Shown here: in pieces, positions 31,850 through 41,372 of the stretch
How positions within the stretch are numbered: the first letter of the stretch is position 1
How the letters are laid out: the number at the start of each line of letters is the position of its first letter
NCBI GenBank assembly: GCA_965197725.1
Contig: CBDANQ010000017.1
Coordinates: 14,220-78,219 of the forward strand
Length of the DNA stretch: 64,000 bases
DNA from: Longimicrobiales bacterium
GTDB lineage: Bacteria; Gemmatimonadota; Gemmatimonadetes; Longimicrobiales; Gaopeijiaceae
Reading direction: 5' to 3'
Notes under the pieces: model-generated
The model's database searches: none
What the model was told of the DNA's origin: nothing
What the model saw: the letters and a program-made list of their open reading frames with translations, nothing else
Made by a program: the position numbers and the translations under genes

Positions 31850-33484
31850 TCAGCTCCCGTCCTGCCCCGAGCCATCTTCGGAGATCGGCCGGGTGCGGAT
31901 CGTCGGATACTCGATCCCGAGCTGCTCGAGATACGTGTCGAAGCGCGTGGCGTCGACGTAGAAGGGGCGCATTTGGGGGCGCCAGCGCGCCATGACGTCC
32001 TCGTTCAGCCAGATAGCAGGGTGGTCAGTCGGCGCGATGAACGGTATGTATTCCGTCTCAACGGTCTGAACGTCGTTGAAGTAGTCCCAAGCGGCTTCGA
32101 CGGTCTCCCCATCGAGGAAGAGGTTGAGCAGTGTCAGAGCCTGGACCTTCGCGCCCGCGACCCCACCCTTGTGTGCGATCGGGGTCGCCATCGCGATTCC
32201 GTTCGCCCAGTTGTGCCCGGGACCACCACTCATGTTCGCCGGATAGCGGAGCGTCACGGTCGGCATGTTCCAGGAAACGTCGCCGATGTCGTCCGAGCCG
32301 CCGCCGAGGGACTGTGACAGGTCGACCGGACCGATAGGAGAGCTGATCGAGTCCGAGAGGCCCGTGACCTCGACCCCCATCTCGGCCTGGAACGCCTCGG
32401 CGAAGCGCCGGTCGTCGTCGCTCCACTCCGGCATGCCAACGCGCTCGATGTTGGCGTGGGTGACCTCCGCGACCGGCCTGCTGAAGTGCCTACCCCAGGC
32501 CGATCCGACGGTCATGATCGTGTCGACCTGGGTGCCCGTCATGAGGGCCGCGCCCTGGGCCATCAGGACCGCGGCATCGTATTGCTCCTTGGTGAACTCG
32601 TAGTCACGCTCCCGGAAGTAGAACCAGATCGTCGCGGTCTGAGGAACCACGTTGGGCTGGTCGCCACCCTCGACGATGATGTAGTGCGACCGCGCCGCCG
32701 GCCGCAGGTGCTCGCGCTTGAACTCCCACGCCTGCGCCATGAGCATGATGCCGTCGAGCGCGGAGCGACCCCGCCAGGGTGACCCCGCCGAGTGAGCGGT
32801 TTCGCCGGTGAAGCGGAACTGAACGGACCAAAGCGCGTTCCCTCCAGCCTGCCCCCAGCTCATGCTAAAGCCGTCCGAGACGTGCGCAAAGAGATTGACG
32901 TCGACGCCGTCGAAGGTCCCCTCACGTACGAAGAACGCCTTCGACCCGAGCTGCTCTTCCGCGATGCCGGGCCACAGGAGCAGCGTGCCGTCGATGTTCT
33001 CGCGCTCCATCAATTCCTTCACGACCAGAGCGCCCACGATGTTGACCGCCTGACCCGAGTTGTGCCCCTCGCCGTGCCCCGGTGCCATCGGAACGATCGC
33101 TTCGCGATACGCGACGCCCGGCTTCTGGTTCGACTGCGGGATCCCGTCGACGTCCGAGCCCATCGCGATCACCGGCGATCCCGTGCCGTTCGACCAGCGG
33201 GCTGTCCACGCACTCGGCATACCGGCGACACCCAACTCGATCTGGAAGCCCTCTGTCTCGAGTAGCTCGGTCAGGTAGCGCTGGCTCTCGAACTCCTGCA
33301 TCCCGAGCTCACCGAACGAAAAGAGATGATCGATGATCTGCTGCACTTGCTGGGCCCGGGCCTGGACCATCCGCTCCGCCTCGTCCTTGAGCCCGGCCAG
33401 GCGAGAGTCGGCCTGCGCGGCGGCGTCCGGGGCGGTGGCGGTCGCCGTGGCCCCGAAGAGCACGAGAAGAATCAATCGGCGCAT
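31850..33484 (-). CDS. Secreted M20D amidohydrolase (AbgB-like)
   Basis: Signal peptide; ELGMQEF, GHGEGHN, AEE, AH..GSPWRGRSALD, GGDQPNVVP, GSDDIGDVSW. Confidence 0.82.
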   Translation of the reverse strand: MRRLILLVLFGATATATAPDAAAQADSRLAGLKDEAERMVQARAQQVQQIIDHLFSFGELGMQEFESQRYLTELLETEGFQIELGVAGMPSAWTARWSNGTGSPVIAMGSDVDGIPQSNQKPGVAYREAIVPMAPGHGEGHNSGQAVNIVGALVVKELMERENIDGTLLLWPGIAEEQLGSKAFFVREGTFDGVDVNLFAHVSDGFSMSWGQAGGNALWSVQFRFTGETAHSAGSPWRGRSALDGIMLMAQAWEFKREHLRPAARSHYIIVEGGDQPNVVPQTATIWFYFRERDYEFTKEQYDAAVLMAQGAALMTGTQVDTIMTVGSAWGRHFSRPVAEVTHANIERVGMPEWSDDDRRFAEAFQAEMGVEVTGLSDSISSPIGPVDLSQSLGGGSDDIGDVSWNMPTVTLRYPANMSGGPGHNWANGIAMATPIAHKGGVAGAKVQALTLLNLFLDGETVEAAWDYFNDVQTVETEYIPFIAPTDHPAIWLNEDVMARWRPQMRPFYVDATRFDTYLEQLGIEYPTIRTRPISEDGSGQDGS

Positions 33485-33624
33485 GGGAAGCTACGTACGT
33501 GAGTTGAGGACCCCCGAAGGGCACCGGTCCAGCATCGGGGTCAGGGGGCTGCAGGATGCCCCATCACCGGCCGAGGTGCAATCCCCGTCGCCCGATGATG
33601 GCCGCGCCAACCCCAGCTCTTCCC

Positions 33625-33653
33625 TTGAATGGCTCTAAGGAATCGCCTAGTAT
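33625..33653 (+). promoter_or_regulatory. Sigma70 promoter of the apbE-porin operon
   Basis: TTGAAT-N17-TAGTAT in an AT-richer intergenic region. Confidence 0.6.
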
Positions 33654-33666
33654 CAGCCAACCGTAG

Positions 33667-33683
33667 TTGAGAACGACTCTCAC
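33667..33683. promoter_or_regulatory. Fur-box-like 7-1-7 inverted repeat
   Basis: TGAGAAC-G-ACTCTCA versus Fur consensus TGATAAT-N-ATTATCA, just downstream of the -10 element. Confidence 0.5.
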
Positions 33684-33711
33684 TCGCAATCTCTTTGCGT
33701 GAGGATTCACA

Positions 33712-34767
33712 GTGGCTCCTCCCATTTTCTCGGCCCTGGCGCTCGTCGCCACCCTTCAGGCCGCCCCGACCGACTCGTCACAGCTGGTCGTGCGGGAGGC
33801 ATGGGTGATGGGCACGAGGCTCGGAGTGGTCGTGGAAGCAGCCTCAGTGGCCGAGGCGAGGAAGGCCACTGAGAACGTCATCCGTGAGGTCGAACGGCTC
33901 GAGCGCATCTTGAGCACCTGGGATCCGCAGAGCGAAATGCACGCGGTCAACACCAGGGAGGTCGGCAGACCGATCGCCCCAGGTGCGGAACTCGCGTTCT
34001 TGCTCGCCGAGGCAGAGCGATACTCCCGTATCTCGGCGGCCGCCTTCGACGCTCGAATCGGAGCGCTCGTGGACGCGTGGGACCTCCGCGGCGCTGGAGT
34101 CGTGCCGAGGGCGGGAGCGCTGCTGGCAGCCCGCAAAGCGACTGGGTCGAGTTCGATCTCGGTCGACGAGCGCACCGGTATCGTCACGCGACACGTGGCC
34201 ACCGCCTGGATCGACACTGGAGGCTTCGGAAAGGGAGCCGCACTTCGCGCTGCGGCCCATCGACTCGACTCGGTAGGTGTAGACCGGGCTCTCATCGACC
34301 TCGGCGGACAATTGTGGGCGCACGGGAGCGCGGATAAGCCATGGTCCGTGTACGTCGCTCACCCTACACAACGCGAACGTCCGGTCGCGCGACTCGACAT
34401 CCACGGCGTTTCGGTCGCCACGAGCGGTACATCCGAACGCTTCATCGAGATCGACGGCGTGCGCTGGGGACACATCCTCGACCCTCGGACCGGGCACCCT
34501 TCACCGGCATGGGGAAGCGTGACCGTCGTCAGCGCCGACCCGCTCGAAGCCGATGCCCTGGCCACCGCCCTCTATGTCATGGGCCCGCAGGCAGGTATGG
34601 CATGGGCCTCGGGTCACCCTGAGTTGGATGCGCTCTTCCTGGAGGCGGAGGGCAGTGCGTTGACCGCTACTTGGACTCGAGGCATGGAGCAGTGGTTGAT
34701 CGACCCTCCCGTCTCCTCGACGCCTCACCCACAGACGCAAACAGAGCAAGACGCGAACCACCGATGA
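33712..34767 (+). CDS. apbE: FAD:protein FMN transferase
   Basis: MGT, S.W...SE, AFD..IG.LV..W, IDTGGFGKG, DLGG, VATSG..ER, HILDPRTG, ADALATAL. Confidence 0.92.
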   Translation: MAPPIFSALALVATLQAAPTDSSQLVVREAWVMGTRLGVVVEAASVAEARKATENVIREVERLERILSTWDPQSEMHAVNTREVGRPIAPGAELAFLLAEAERYSRISAAAFDARIGALVDAWDLRGAGVVPRAGALLAARKATGSSSISVDERTGIVTRHVATAWIDTGGFGKGAALRAAAHRLDSVGVDRALIDLGGQLWAHGSADKPWSVYVAHPTQRERPVARLDIHGVSVATSGTSERFIEIDGVRWGHILDPRTGHPSPAWGSVTVVSADPLEADALATALYVMGPQAGMAWASGHPELDALFLEAEGSALTATWTRGMEQWLIDPPVSSTPHPQTQTEQDANHR

Positions 34768-36047
34768 AGTGCATGGAAGCGTTGCCTTGCCGAGTGGCGA
34801 GCGCGTTCGCCGCCCTACTCATTTCGGTCGCGCCCGCACCGCGACTCGACGCACAAGACGCCGACTCTGTGCGCCTCGCGGCGCTGGAGCGCAGGATCGA
34901 GGCGGTCACGCGCGAGCTGGAGCGCATGCAGCTCGGCCGCGACGTCGTCGAGGCGGATTCTTCGATCCAGGGCCTCGGGCCCGCAGCTTCGAAGGTCTAC
35001 CGGGTGAACCAGGGAGTCTCCCTCGGCGGCTACGGTGAGTTCCTATACGAGAACTTCGCAGCGGAACGGGAAGACGGCTCCCGTTCTGGCGCCCTCGACA
35101 GGCTCGACGCGCTGCGAGCGATCCTGTACGTCGGCTACAAGTTCAATGATCGTCTGCTCTTCAACTCGGAACTCGAGATCGAGCACGCTAAAGAAAGCTT
35201 CCTCGAGTTCGCGTACCTCGACTACCTGTTGACCGACCACGTCGGCGTTCGCGCTGGAATGCTGCTCGCGCCGTTGGGTCTGGTGAACGAGCTGCACGAG
35301 CCGCCCGTCTTCCTCGGCACCGAGCGCCCGGTTACCGAGAACCGGATCATCCCCACAACGTGGAGGGAGAACGGCATCGGCCTCTTCGGTAGCAGAGACG
35401 CTTTCTCCTGGCGCCTCTACCTGATGAACTCCTTCAACGGCGCCAAGTTCAGCGCTGCGGGCCTTCGGGGCGGTCGACAAAAGGGCGGAAAGGCGCTCGC
35501 CGAGGACATGGGCGTCGCGGGCCGCCTCGACTATACGGGTACGCCCGGGTTGCTTCTCGGCCTCTCGGCGTACAGTGGAGAGACGGCTCAAAGTCAGGAA
35601 CTCAACGGCCAGGCCGTGGGCGGCCGTGTCCGCATCTTGGACGCGCACTTGGACTACAAGAGACGCGGTTGGGACGTTCGGGCGCTTGTCGCCGGCGCAC
35701 AAGTGAGCGACGTAGCGGCGATGAATGCGCTCAACGGCCTGGAGGGAGCGGAAGGCATCGGAACGGACATGCTGGGCTGGTACGTACAGGCGGGCTACGA
35801 CGTGTTGCGCACCTCCCCCTCCGCCCATCAACTGATCCCTTACGTGCGCTACGAGAGGGTGAACACCCAGCGCGGGGTCGCGCAGGGCTTCTCGGCGAAT
35901 CCGGCGAACGACCTCACAGTGACGTCCATCGGCGTGGCGTGGAGGCCGATTCCGCAGGCGATCGCCAAGCTCGGGTATCAAATCCATTCGACAGCCGCGG
36001 ACACCGGTGTGAACCAGGTGAATTTCTCGTTGGGATGGCTCTTTTGA
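34764..36047 (+). CDS. Outer-membrane porin-like beta-barrel with N-terminal coiled coil
   Basis: Signal peptide, heptad segment LAALERRIEAVTRELE, GYKFND...FNSELEIEH, EFAYLD, N..HEPP, IIPTTW.E.G, amphipathic strands, terminal Phe. Confidence 0.75.
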   Translation: MKCMEALPCRVASAFAALLISVAPAPRLDAQDADSVRLAALERRIEAVTRELERMQLGRDVVEADSSIQGLGPAASKVYRVNQGVSLGGYGEFLYENFAAEREDGSRSGALDRLDALRAILYVGYKFNDRLLFNSELEIEHAKESFLEFAYLDYLLTDHVGVRAGMLLAPLGLVNELHEPPVFLGTERPVTENRIIPTTWRENGIGLFGSRDAFSWRLYLMNSFNGAKFSAAGLRGGRQKGGKALAEDMGVAGRLDYTGTPGLLLGLSAYSGETAQSQELNGQAVGGRVRILDAHLDYKRRGWDVRALVAGAQVSDVAAMNALNGLEGAEGIGTDMLGWYVQAGYDVLRTSPSAHQLIPYVRYERVNTQRGVAQGFSANPANDLTVTSIGVAWRPIPQAIAKLGYQIHSTAADTGVNQVNFSLGWLF

Positions 36048-36595
36048 CGTGCCTAAGGGTGGCGGCCGCGACCATCGCGGCGCTGGCTTGTGCTCCCTCG
36101 GTCTCGGCGCAGACGCTGACCCAAAACGAGGCGTTGACTCTGGCATTCGGGGACGCGCAGGTCGAGCGACGCACCGCGTTCTTGGATGACGACGAGATCT
36201 CGCGCGCGTCGGCGCTCGCGGGTCCCGACGTGAACGTCGAAGCGACCGTGGTGAGCTACTACGTCGCGCAGCGCGCGGCAGAGCCGGCCGGCGTAGCCTA
36301 CTTCGACGCCGACCGAGTGCGCACGCTCCGGCAGGTGCTGATGATCGTGGTCGGTACCGATGGCCGGGTTGCTCGTGTCGAGACCGTCAGCTTCAGAGAA
36401 CCGCCGGAGTACCGAGCCCCGGACGGATGGCTCATGCAGTTCCGCGGTCGTGTGCTCGATGACCAGCTCTCTCTCAAAGCAGGCATCGCCAACATCACCG
36501 GCGCCACGTTGACCGCCGGAGCGGTGACGCGAGCAACGCGCCGCGTAATGGCGCTCCACGCGATCATCGACCCCTTCGGTGCAAACGCGCGATGA
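36044..36595 (+). CDS. Secreted FMN-binding (flavinylated) protein
   Basis: TTG start overlaps the porin stop; signal peptide; F.EP.EY; ITGATLT flavinylation motif at 36497-36508. Confidence 0.8.
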   Translation: MTCLRVAAATIAALACAPSVSAQTLTQNEALTLAFGDAQVERRTAFLDDDEISRASALAGPDVNVEATVVSYYVAQRAAEPAGVAYFDADRVRTLRQVLMIVVGTDGRVARVETVSFREPPEYRAPDGWLMQFRGRVLDDQLSLKAGIANITGATLTAGAVTRATRRVMALHAIIDPFGANAR

Positions 36596-37149
36596 CCCGA
36601 TTCCAGCGCTGGTTCCTGTACGGCTCGACGGCCGCGACCGCCGCGAGTGGCATCGCATACTTCGCCATGAAGCGCTTGCTCGAGCCCTCGGACCCGTGGG
36701 CAGTGATCAGCCACCCGCTGGAGCCCTGGGCACTCAAGGCACACATCCTCAGCGCACCACTGATGCTCTTCGCCGTGGGTCTGATCACGACACAACACAT
36801 CTGGCGGAGCCTCAAGTCCAGCCTCCCGACCGGACGGCGCAGCGGCCAGCTCGCGTCGTATGTCCTCGGACCGCTCGTGCTGAGCGGATACCTGATCCAG
36901 GCGCTGACGTCGCCGCTGACGCTCGAGGTGCTCGCCTGGACGCACCTGGTGCTCGGGGTCATCGGCGCGGGGGCGATCGGCGTTCACCGGGAGGCGCTTC
37001 ACGGGCATCGGAGACAGCGGAAGGGAGCGCTGCCCGTGCTGCAGCTTCCCCCCCAGCTGGAATCGCCGGAGACCGACCGCGTTAGTACTCCATTGGGGGG
37101 CGGCGCAGGTGCCAGTCGGTCTCGGACTGAAACGCCTGCGCGACGTTGA
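36592..37149 (+). CDS. 4-TM membrane protein with His pairs, putative cytochrome b-like electron donor
   Basis: Four hydrophobic segments; His51/His69 on TM2 and His118/His132 on TM4; ATG overlaps the upstream stop. Confidence 0.6.
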   Translation: MTRFQRWFLYGSTAATAASGIAYFAMKRLLEPSDPWAVISHPLEPWALKAHILSAPLMLFAVGLITTQHIWRSLKSSLPTGRRSGQLASYVLGPLVLSGYLIQALTSPLTLEVLAWTHLVLGVIGAGAIGVHREALHGHRRQRKGALPVLQLPPQLESPETDRVSTPLGGGAGASRSRTETPARR

Positions 37150-38719
37150 GGATCTTATCGTCGGCGAAGAGGTCCCCCACGATCGTCGTCGTTAGCGGCA
37201 TCGTCGTCGGGCTGTCCGCGTCGGGATTCCGAACACCGAAGTCATACGGCACGATCACGGCCGGATGGCCGGTATCGTTGGTGAGACCGACCGCCCCGGA
37301 GCCGCTCACGAACATGTCGAAACCGTCCATCGCCTCGGCCATCTCCTGCATGAGGATGAGCCGGCGACGCTGGCCGTTGATGTAGTCGAGGGCGCGTATG
37401 TCCCGTCCACGGCGGAATCGACCGCGCCGGCGCAGCTCGGCAGGTTCGAGGTCTTGGGGCAGCGGCTCGGGCTCCACGCCATCCGGGGCGATGTGATAGT
37501 CGAACGCCGCCGCTGACTCGGCGCCGAGCTGGTTCATTCTGGCGCTCGGTAGCTCGTTCATCTCTCTGAGGTCGGCGCCGAGGTCGGACAGCTTCTCGAG
37601 GAATGCCTCTGGCGCGTCCTCGTCGAAGGCGATGCGCACGGTGCTCAGGTCCACTCTCCGGTCGTAGACGAAGGGCGCGGTTATCGTCGTGGGATCTTTC
37701 TCGCTCGCGCCGTGGATGGCGTTGAAGACCAAGGCGCAATCCTCAATGGAACGGCACATCGGCCCCGTCTTGTCCATGCTCCACGAGAGCACCATGGCGC
37801 CGTAGCGCGTGACCCTACCGAAGGTTGGCCGCAGCGCGCTCAACCCGTTGCGCCGTGAGGGTGAAACGATCGAGCCACGCGTCTCAGTACCGATGCCGAA
37901 CGCGACGCACGCGGCGGCGGTCGCCGAACCTGGACCGGCCGAGGAACCGCTCGAGCCTTCCTCGATGTTCCAGGGGTTCTTGGTGCGACCGCGGTACCAA
38001 CGATCGCCCTGCGCGAGCTCACCCGTGGCGAGCTTGGCGATCAGCACTGCACCGGCCTCTCTCAGCCGCACCACGAGCTCAGCGTCTTCCTCGATGACCT
38101 GGTGCTGGAACTCGGCGGAGCCCCACGTCGTGCGAGCACCGGTAACGGAGAATAGATCTTTAACGCCGTACGGAATGCCGTGCAGCGGTCCACGCCAGTT
38201 GCCCTGACGAAGATCGGCATCGGCCTGCTGCGCTGCCTCGCGGGCACGATCTTCTAGGATCGAGACCGCGCACAGGAGGACCGGATCGTAGCGATTGATG
38301 CGCTCGAGATAGATCTCGGTGAGATCGACCGACGAGATGTAACCATCCCGAACGAGCGCGGACAACCGATTCACAGGCTGGAACGCCAGGTCCTCCTCGT
38401 TGCTCGGGACCGGACCGGCCCACGCCGGAATGTCGATTGGCGTGCGCTCGAACATCGCGGGGCCGTGCTCCCGCCACAGCTTCTCCATGAGCGAGCCGGT
38501 TCCGCCCGGATACGCCTGGAAGACGACGGCGGGGTGTTCGCCCTGGCCCAGCGGTTCAGGAGGGGGGCCCTGCTGTTGCTGTCGCAGGATTGCGGCGGCG
38601 AGCGCGGGCTCGGATGCCGCGAGAGACACAGGGTCGATCGCGCCGGCTGCGGCGGCTGCGGCGGCCACTCTCAGGAAGTCGCGGCGTCGCATGTCCCCGC
38701 CGGTGCCGTTCGCGCTCAT
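37082..38719 (-). CDS. Tat-exported amidase-signature family enzyme
   Basis: MRRRDFL Tat motif; GPLHGIPYGVKDL, GSSAG, GTETRGSIVSP; GGAGG upstream of ATG 38719. Confidence 0.87.
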   Translation of the reverse strand: MSANGTGGDMRRRDFLRVAAAAAAAGAIDPVSLAASEPALAAAILRQQQQGPPPEPLGQGEHPAVVFQAYPGGTGSLMEKLWREHGPAMFERTPIDIPAWAGPVPSNEEDLAFQPVNRLSALVRDGYISSVDLTEIYLERINRYDPVLLCAVSILEDRAREAAQQADADLRQGNWRGPLHGIPYGVKDLFSVTGARTTWGSAEFQHQVIEEDAELVVRLREAGAVLIAKLATGELAQGDRWYRGRTKNPWNIEEGSSGSSAGPGSATAAACVAFGIGTETRGSIVSPSRRNGLSALRPTFGRVTRYGAMVLSWSMDKTGPMCRSIEDCALVFNAIHGASEKDPTTITAPFVYDRRVDLSTVRIAFDEDAPEAFLEKLSDLGADLREMNELPSARMNQLGAESAAAFDYHIAPDGVEPEPLPQDLEPAELRRRGRFRRGRDIRALDYINGQRRRLILMQEMAEAMDGFDMFVSGSGAVGLTNDTGHPAVIVPYDFGVRNPDADSPTTMPLTTTIVGDLFADDKILNVAQAFQSETDWHLRRPPMEY

Positions 38720-38747
38720 GTGCCTGCTCCTCCGTCCTGTGAAGTCG

Positions 38748-38892
38748 GCCGCGTTCGCACGGTCGAATACTCGATCCCCGCCGTCGAGGAACCGGTCGAG
38801 AAGCGTGAGCGCCTCAACCTTGGAGCCAGCCAACGAGCCTTTGTGCACCACAGGCGCGAATCCGGGACCGCGGGCCCCGGGAAGGGCAGCAT
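38748..38892 (-). pseudogene. Possible relic of an aldo/keto reductase N-terminus
   Basis: MLPFPGPAVPDSRL, then after a frame change EALTLLDRFLDGGDRVFDRAN, resembling AKR PG...VSRL..G...EA..LLD....G...FDTA. Confidence 0.35.
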
Positions 38893-38932
38893 GCGTCCGA
38901 TGTTCAGCGCTGGCAAGCCGTAGCGGAGCGCC

Positions 38933-39734
38933 TCACGATCCCTTCGTGGGGACGAAGGCGACGATGCGAAGTGGACCCCCGCTGCCGCCCTCGATCTTCA
39001 TGGGGAGTGCGACGACAGGCAGCGCTTCCAGGTTCGCAACGTTCTCGAAGCCGGCGACGTTCTCGGCATACAGGATCACGTGCGTCCGGAAGTCGGCAGA
39101 CTGGCCGTAGTCGATACTCGGCGTGTCGATTCCCACCGCAACGATGCCCCGGTTAGCAACCAACCAGCTGGCCGCCTCCCCACCAATGCCTGGAAAGTGC
39201 AACTCGGGTACCGCCTCGGGACCGACGATGTCGGTCCCGAGGTAGGCGGTCCGGTCCGTCCAACGGGCTCCCCAACCCGTGCGCACGAGCAGTATGCCTC
39301 CGTCCGGCAACACTCCGTGCTCGTCCTCCCACGTGGTCAGATCGTCGACCGTGAGCAGGTAGTCCGGCGTCGCGTGCTCCGACACGTCCACGACCGCCGC
39401 CGGCCCGATCAACCCGGTCAGCGGAATCCGGTCCGCGGTGAGCCGCCCTTCCGCAAAGTGGATAGGCGCGTCGAGATGCTTGCCTCCGTGCTCCACCGAT
39501 GAGAACGCGTACGACGCGTAGAACCAGCCACCCTCCACGGACACCGTACGACTGCTCGTCGAGCTGGAACCCGGCGGTATCGGTCGGCCAATAGATCGTC
39601 GACTCGGAAAACGAGTGCGTGAGGTCGACCCAGCGGCCGCCGGTGCCATCGAAGACCGGAGAGAAGTCGGAGGAGCCCCCTGCGGCCTCACAGGCGGCGA
39701 GTCCAAATAGAGCAAGGACCCGAAACGCACTCAT
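38933..39734 (-). pseudogene. Cyclase family (kynurenine formamidase-like) lipoprotein, disrupted
   Basis: Lipobox LAAC, VDLTH, frameshift near 39540, EHGGKHLDAPIH (usually HxGTHxDAPxH), LVRTGW, GIDTPSID, apparent short in-frame deletion in NLEALP^VVALPMK. Confidence 0.7.
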
Positions 39735-39795
39735 CCGCCTGCCACCTCCATCAGCAGTACGGCGAGGGTTCTACGCATGTGGAGCTCCAAGCCTT

Positions 39796-40784
39796 TTAAA
39801 GCGAGAAGGAGAAAGAGGCTCCGTTACCCGGGTCGCCTTCTGCCCAGATGTCTCCCCCGTGACGGCGGGCGATGCGTGAGGCGGTCGCGAGCCCGAGCCC
39901 GGTTCCCGCGAACTCCTCGTCGGTATGCAGCCGTTCGAACGCCTCGAAGATCCGTTCGCGGTGCACGTTGTCGAACCCGATCCCGTTGTCCTTGATGTGG
40001 AAGACGTTCCGAACTGCCCCGCGCTCTGTGGTCATTTCGATGATCGCACGCTCCTCCCGGGCGGTGTATTTCCACGCGTTCTGCAAGAGGTGCACGAGGA
40101 GAAGGCGAACCATCGCGGGGTCTCCGTACGCCCGTAGGTCGGCGCGAACCGTGAAGGTGACGTCGCGGTCGGGTGCGAGCGCCGCGAGCTCGTCCATGAT
40201 CTTCCGGGCCATCGCCGAGATATCCACCTCTTCGGCGAATATCTCCCGACGGGTCACGTCCGCGAGGTCTCGAAGGTCGTCGATGATGTGCTTCGCCCGC
40301 AGGCCCGAATTGCGTATCCGGCGCAGGAGATCCTCTTGTTGATCGGTGAGCGGTCCGACGTCCTTGTGGAGCAAGACCTGGCTAAACTGGGAGATGCTGA
40401 TCAGCGGTTCCTTGAGGTCGTGTGAGACCGTCGAACTGAACACCTCGAGTTCCTTGTTCGCTTTAGCGAGCTCCTCGTTGGCGACCTCGAGTTCCGAGAC
40501 GCGGGCCTCCAACTCTTGGTTGAGCACGCTGATCCGGTCTTCGGCCGCTCGTGGTTCGGAGATGTCCTCGATCATCGCCGGCCCGGCAGCGGTTTCCCCG
40601 AGGTCGTTTCGGATGTAGGTGGCCGTGGGTCTACCAGGAGATCGCAGAAGCGTTGGTTCACCCGCTGGAAGCGGAAGTCCGGCCCAACCGTAGCTAGCGC
40701 CAGCGGACCCATCTCAAAGACCCGATCGAATACCTGATCGATCTCTCGAAGAGCCGCGACGCCATTGCGTGAGTTCTCCGTCAT
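39796..40784 (-). pseudogene. PAS-domain sensor histidine kinase with internal PAS deletion; kinase core ORF 39796-40575 intact
   Basis: PAS start (FEMGPLALATV...VNQRFCDLL) joined out of frame to PAC end (TATYIRNDLGE..AMIEDIS); SHDLKEPL H-box, NAWKY, DNGIG, GTGLGL. Confidence 0.7.
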
Positions 40785-40905
40785 GACACACCCTGGGGAG
40801 CGCGTTCCTTACTGTTCGAGTGTCGCGTGTAGAGCCCGTCCGCGAAAGTTGAGATTCCGGGTCCGTCTGCCTGCACCGGCTCGAGGAGGTCTGTCGGAGG
40901 GGCGG

Positions 40906-41301
40906 CTAAGCCCGTTCTCTCTCGGCACGGGCCGTGTCGCTGATCTCGGCGAGCAGCTCGTTGAGCCTCCGCTCGATTCCGCCCGCGAGCCTCTTCGCTT
41001 CCTCCGGCTCCAGCTTTCCGCTCGCCATGAGGTGGCAGGTCGTGTAGAAGTCTCGGAAGTGCTTGAGCAACTCTTCGAGGTGGCCGCGCACCACGACGTC
41101 TGCGCGACGGTCGGCGGCGCCCACCCTCGACGAATTCTTACCGCTTCCTACGGCACCTCCGACGAGCGCCCGCTGCGCGAGCAGCAGCGCGGGAAGAAGG
41201 CCCAGACCAACCCGCACCCATCGGTCATCGACCAGCACGATCGCAAACGCCATGACCGCCAGCATGAAAAAGACCGTCGGTTTGTCGTTCTGCGGTTCCA
41301 T
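40906..41301 (-). CDS. Hypothetical membrane protein (2 TM plus helical C-terminus)
   Basis: Two hydrophobic segments, SD-like GAGG, follows kbl. Confidence 0.6.
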   Translation of the reverse strand: MEPQNDKPTVFFMLAVMAFAIVLVDDRWVRVGLGLLPALLLAQRALVGGAVGSGKNSSRVGAADRRADVVVRGHLEELLKHFRDFYTTCHLMASGKLEPEEAKRLAGGIERRLNELLAEISDTARAERERA

Positions 41302-41372
41302 GGGTCAGCCTCAAGTCTGAGTGGCGAGGAAAACAGGGTCGCATGCCGAGCGTCCGTTGCCGACCCCTAATA

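Noticed and set aside
37082..37149. 68-nt convergent overlap between the His-rich membrane protein gene and the Tat amidase gene
   Set aside because: The overlapping tail is low-complexity; likely stop-codon drift rather than a functional arrangement
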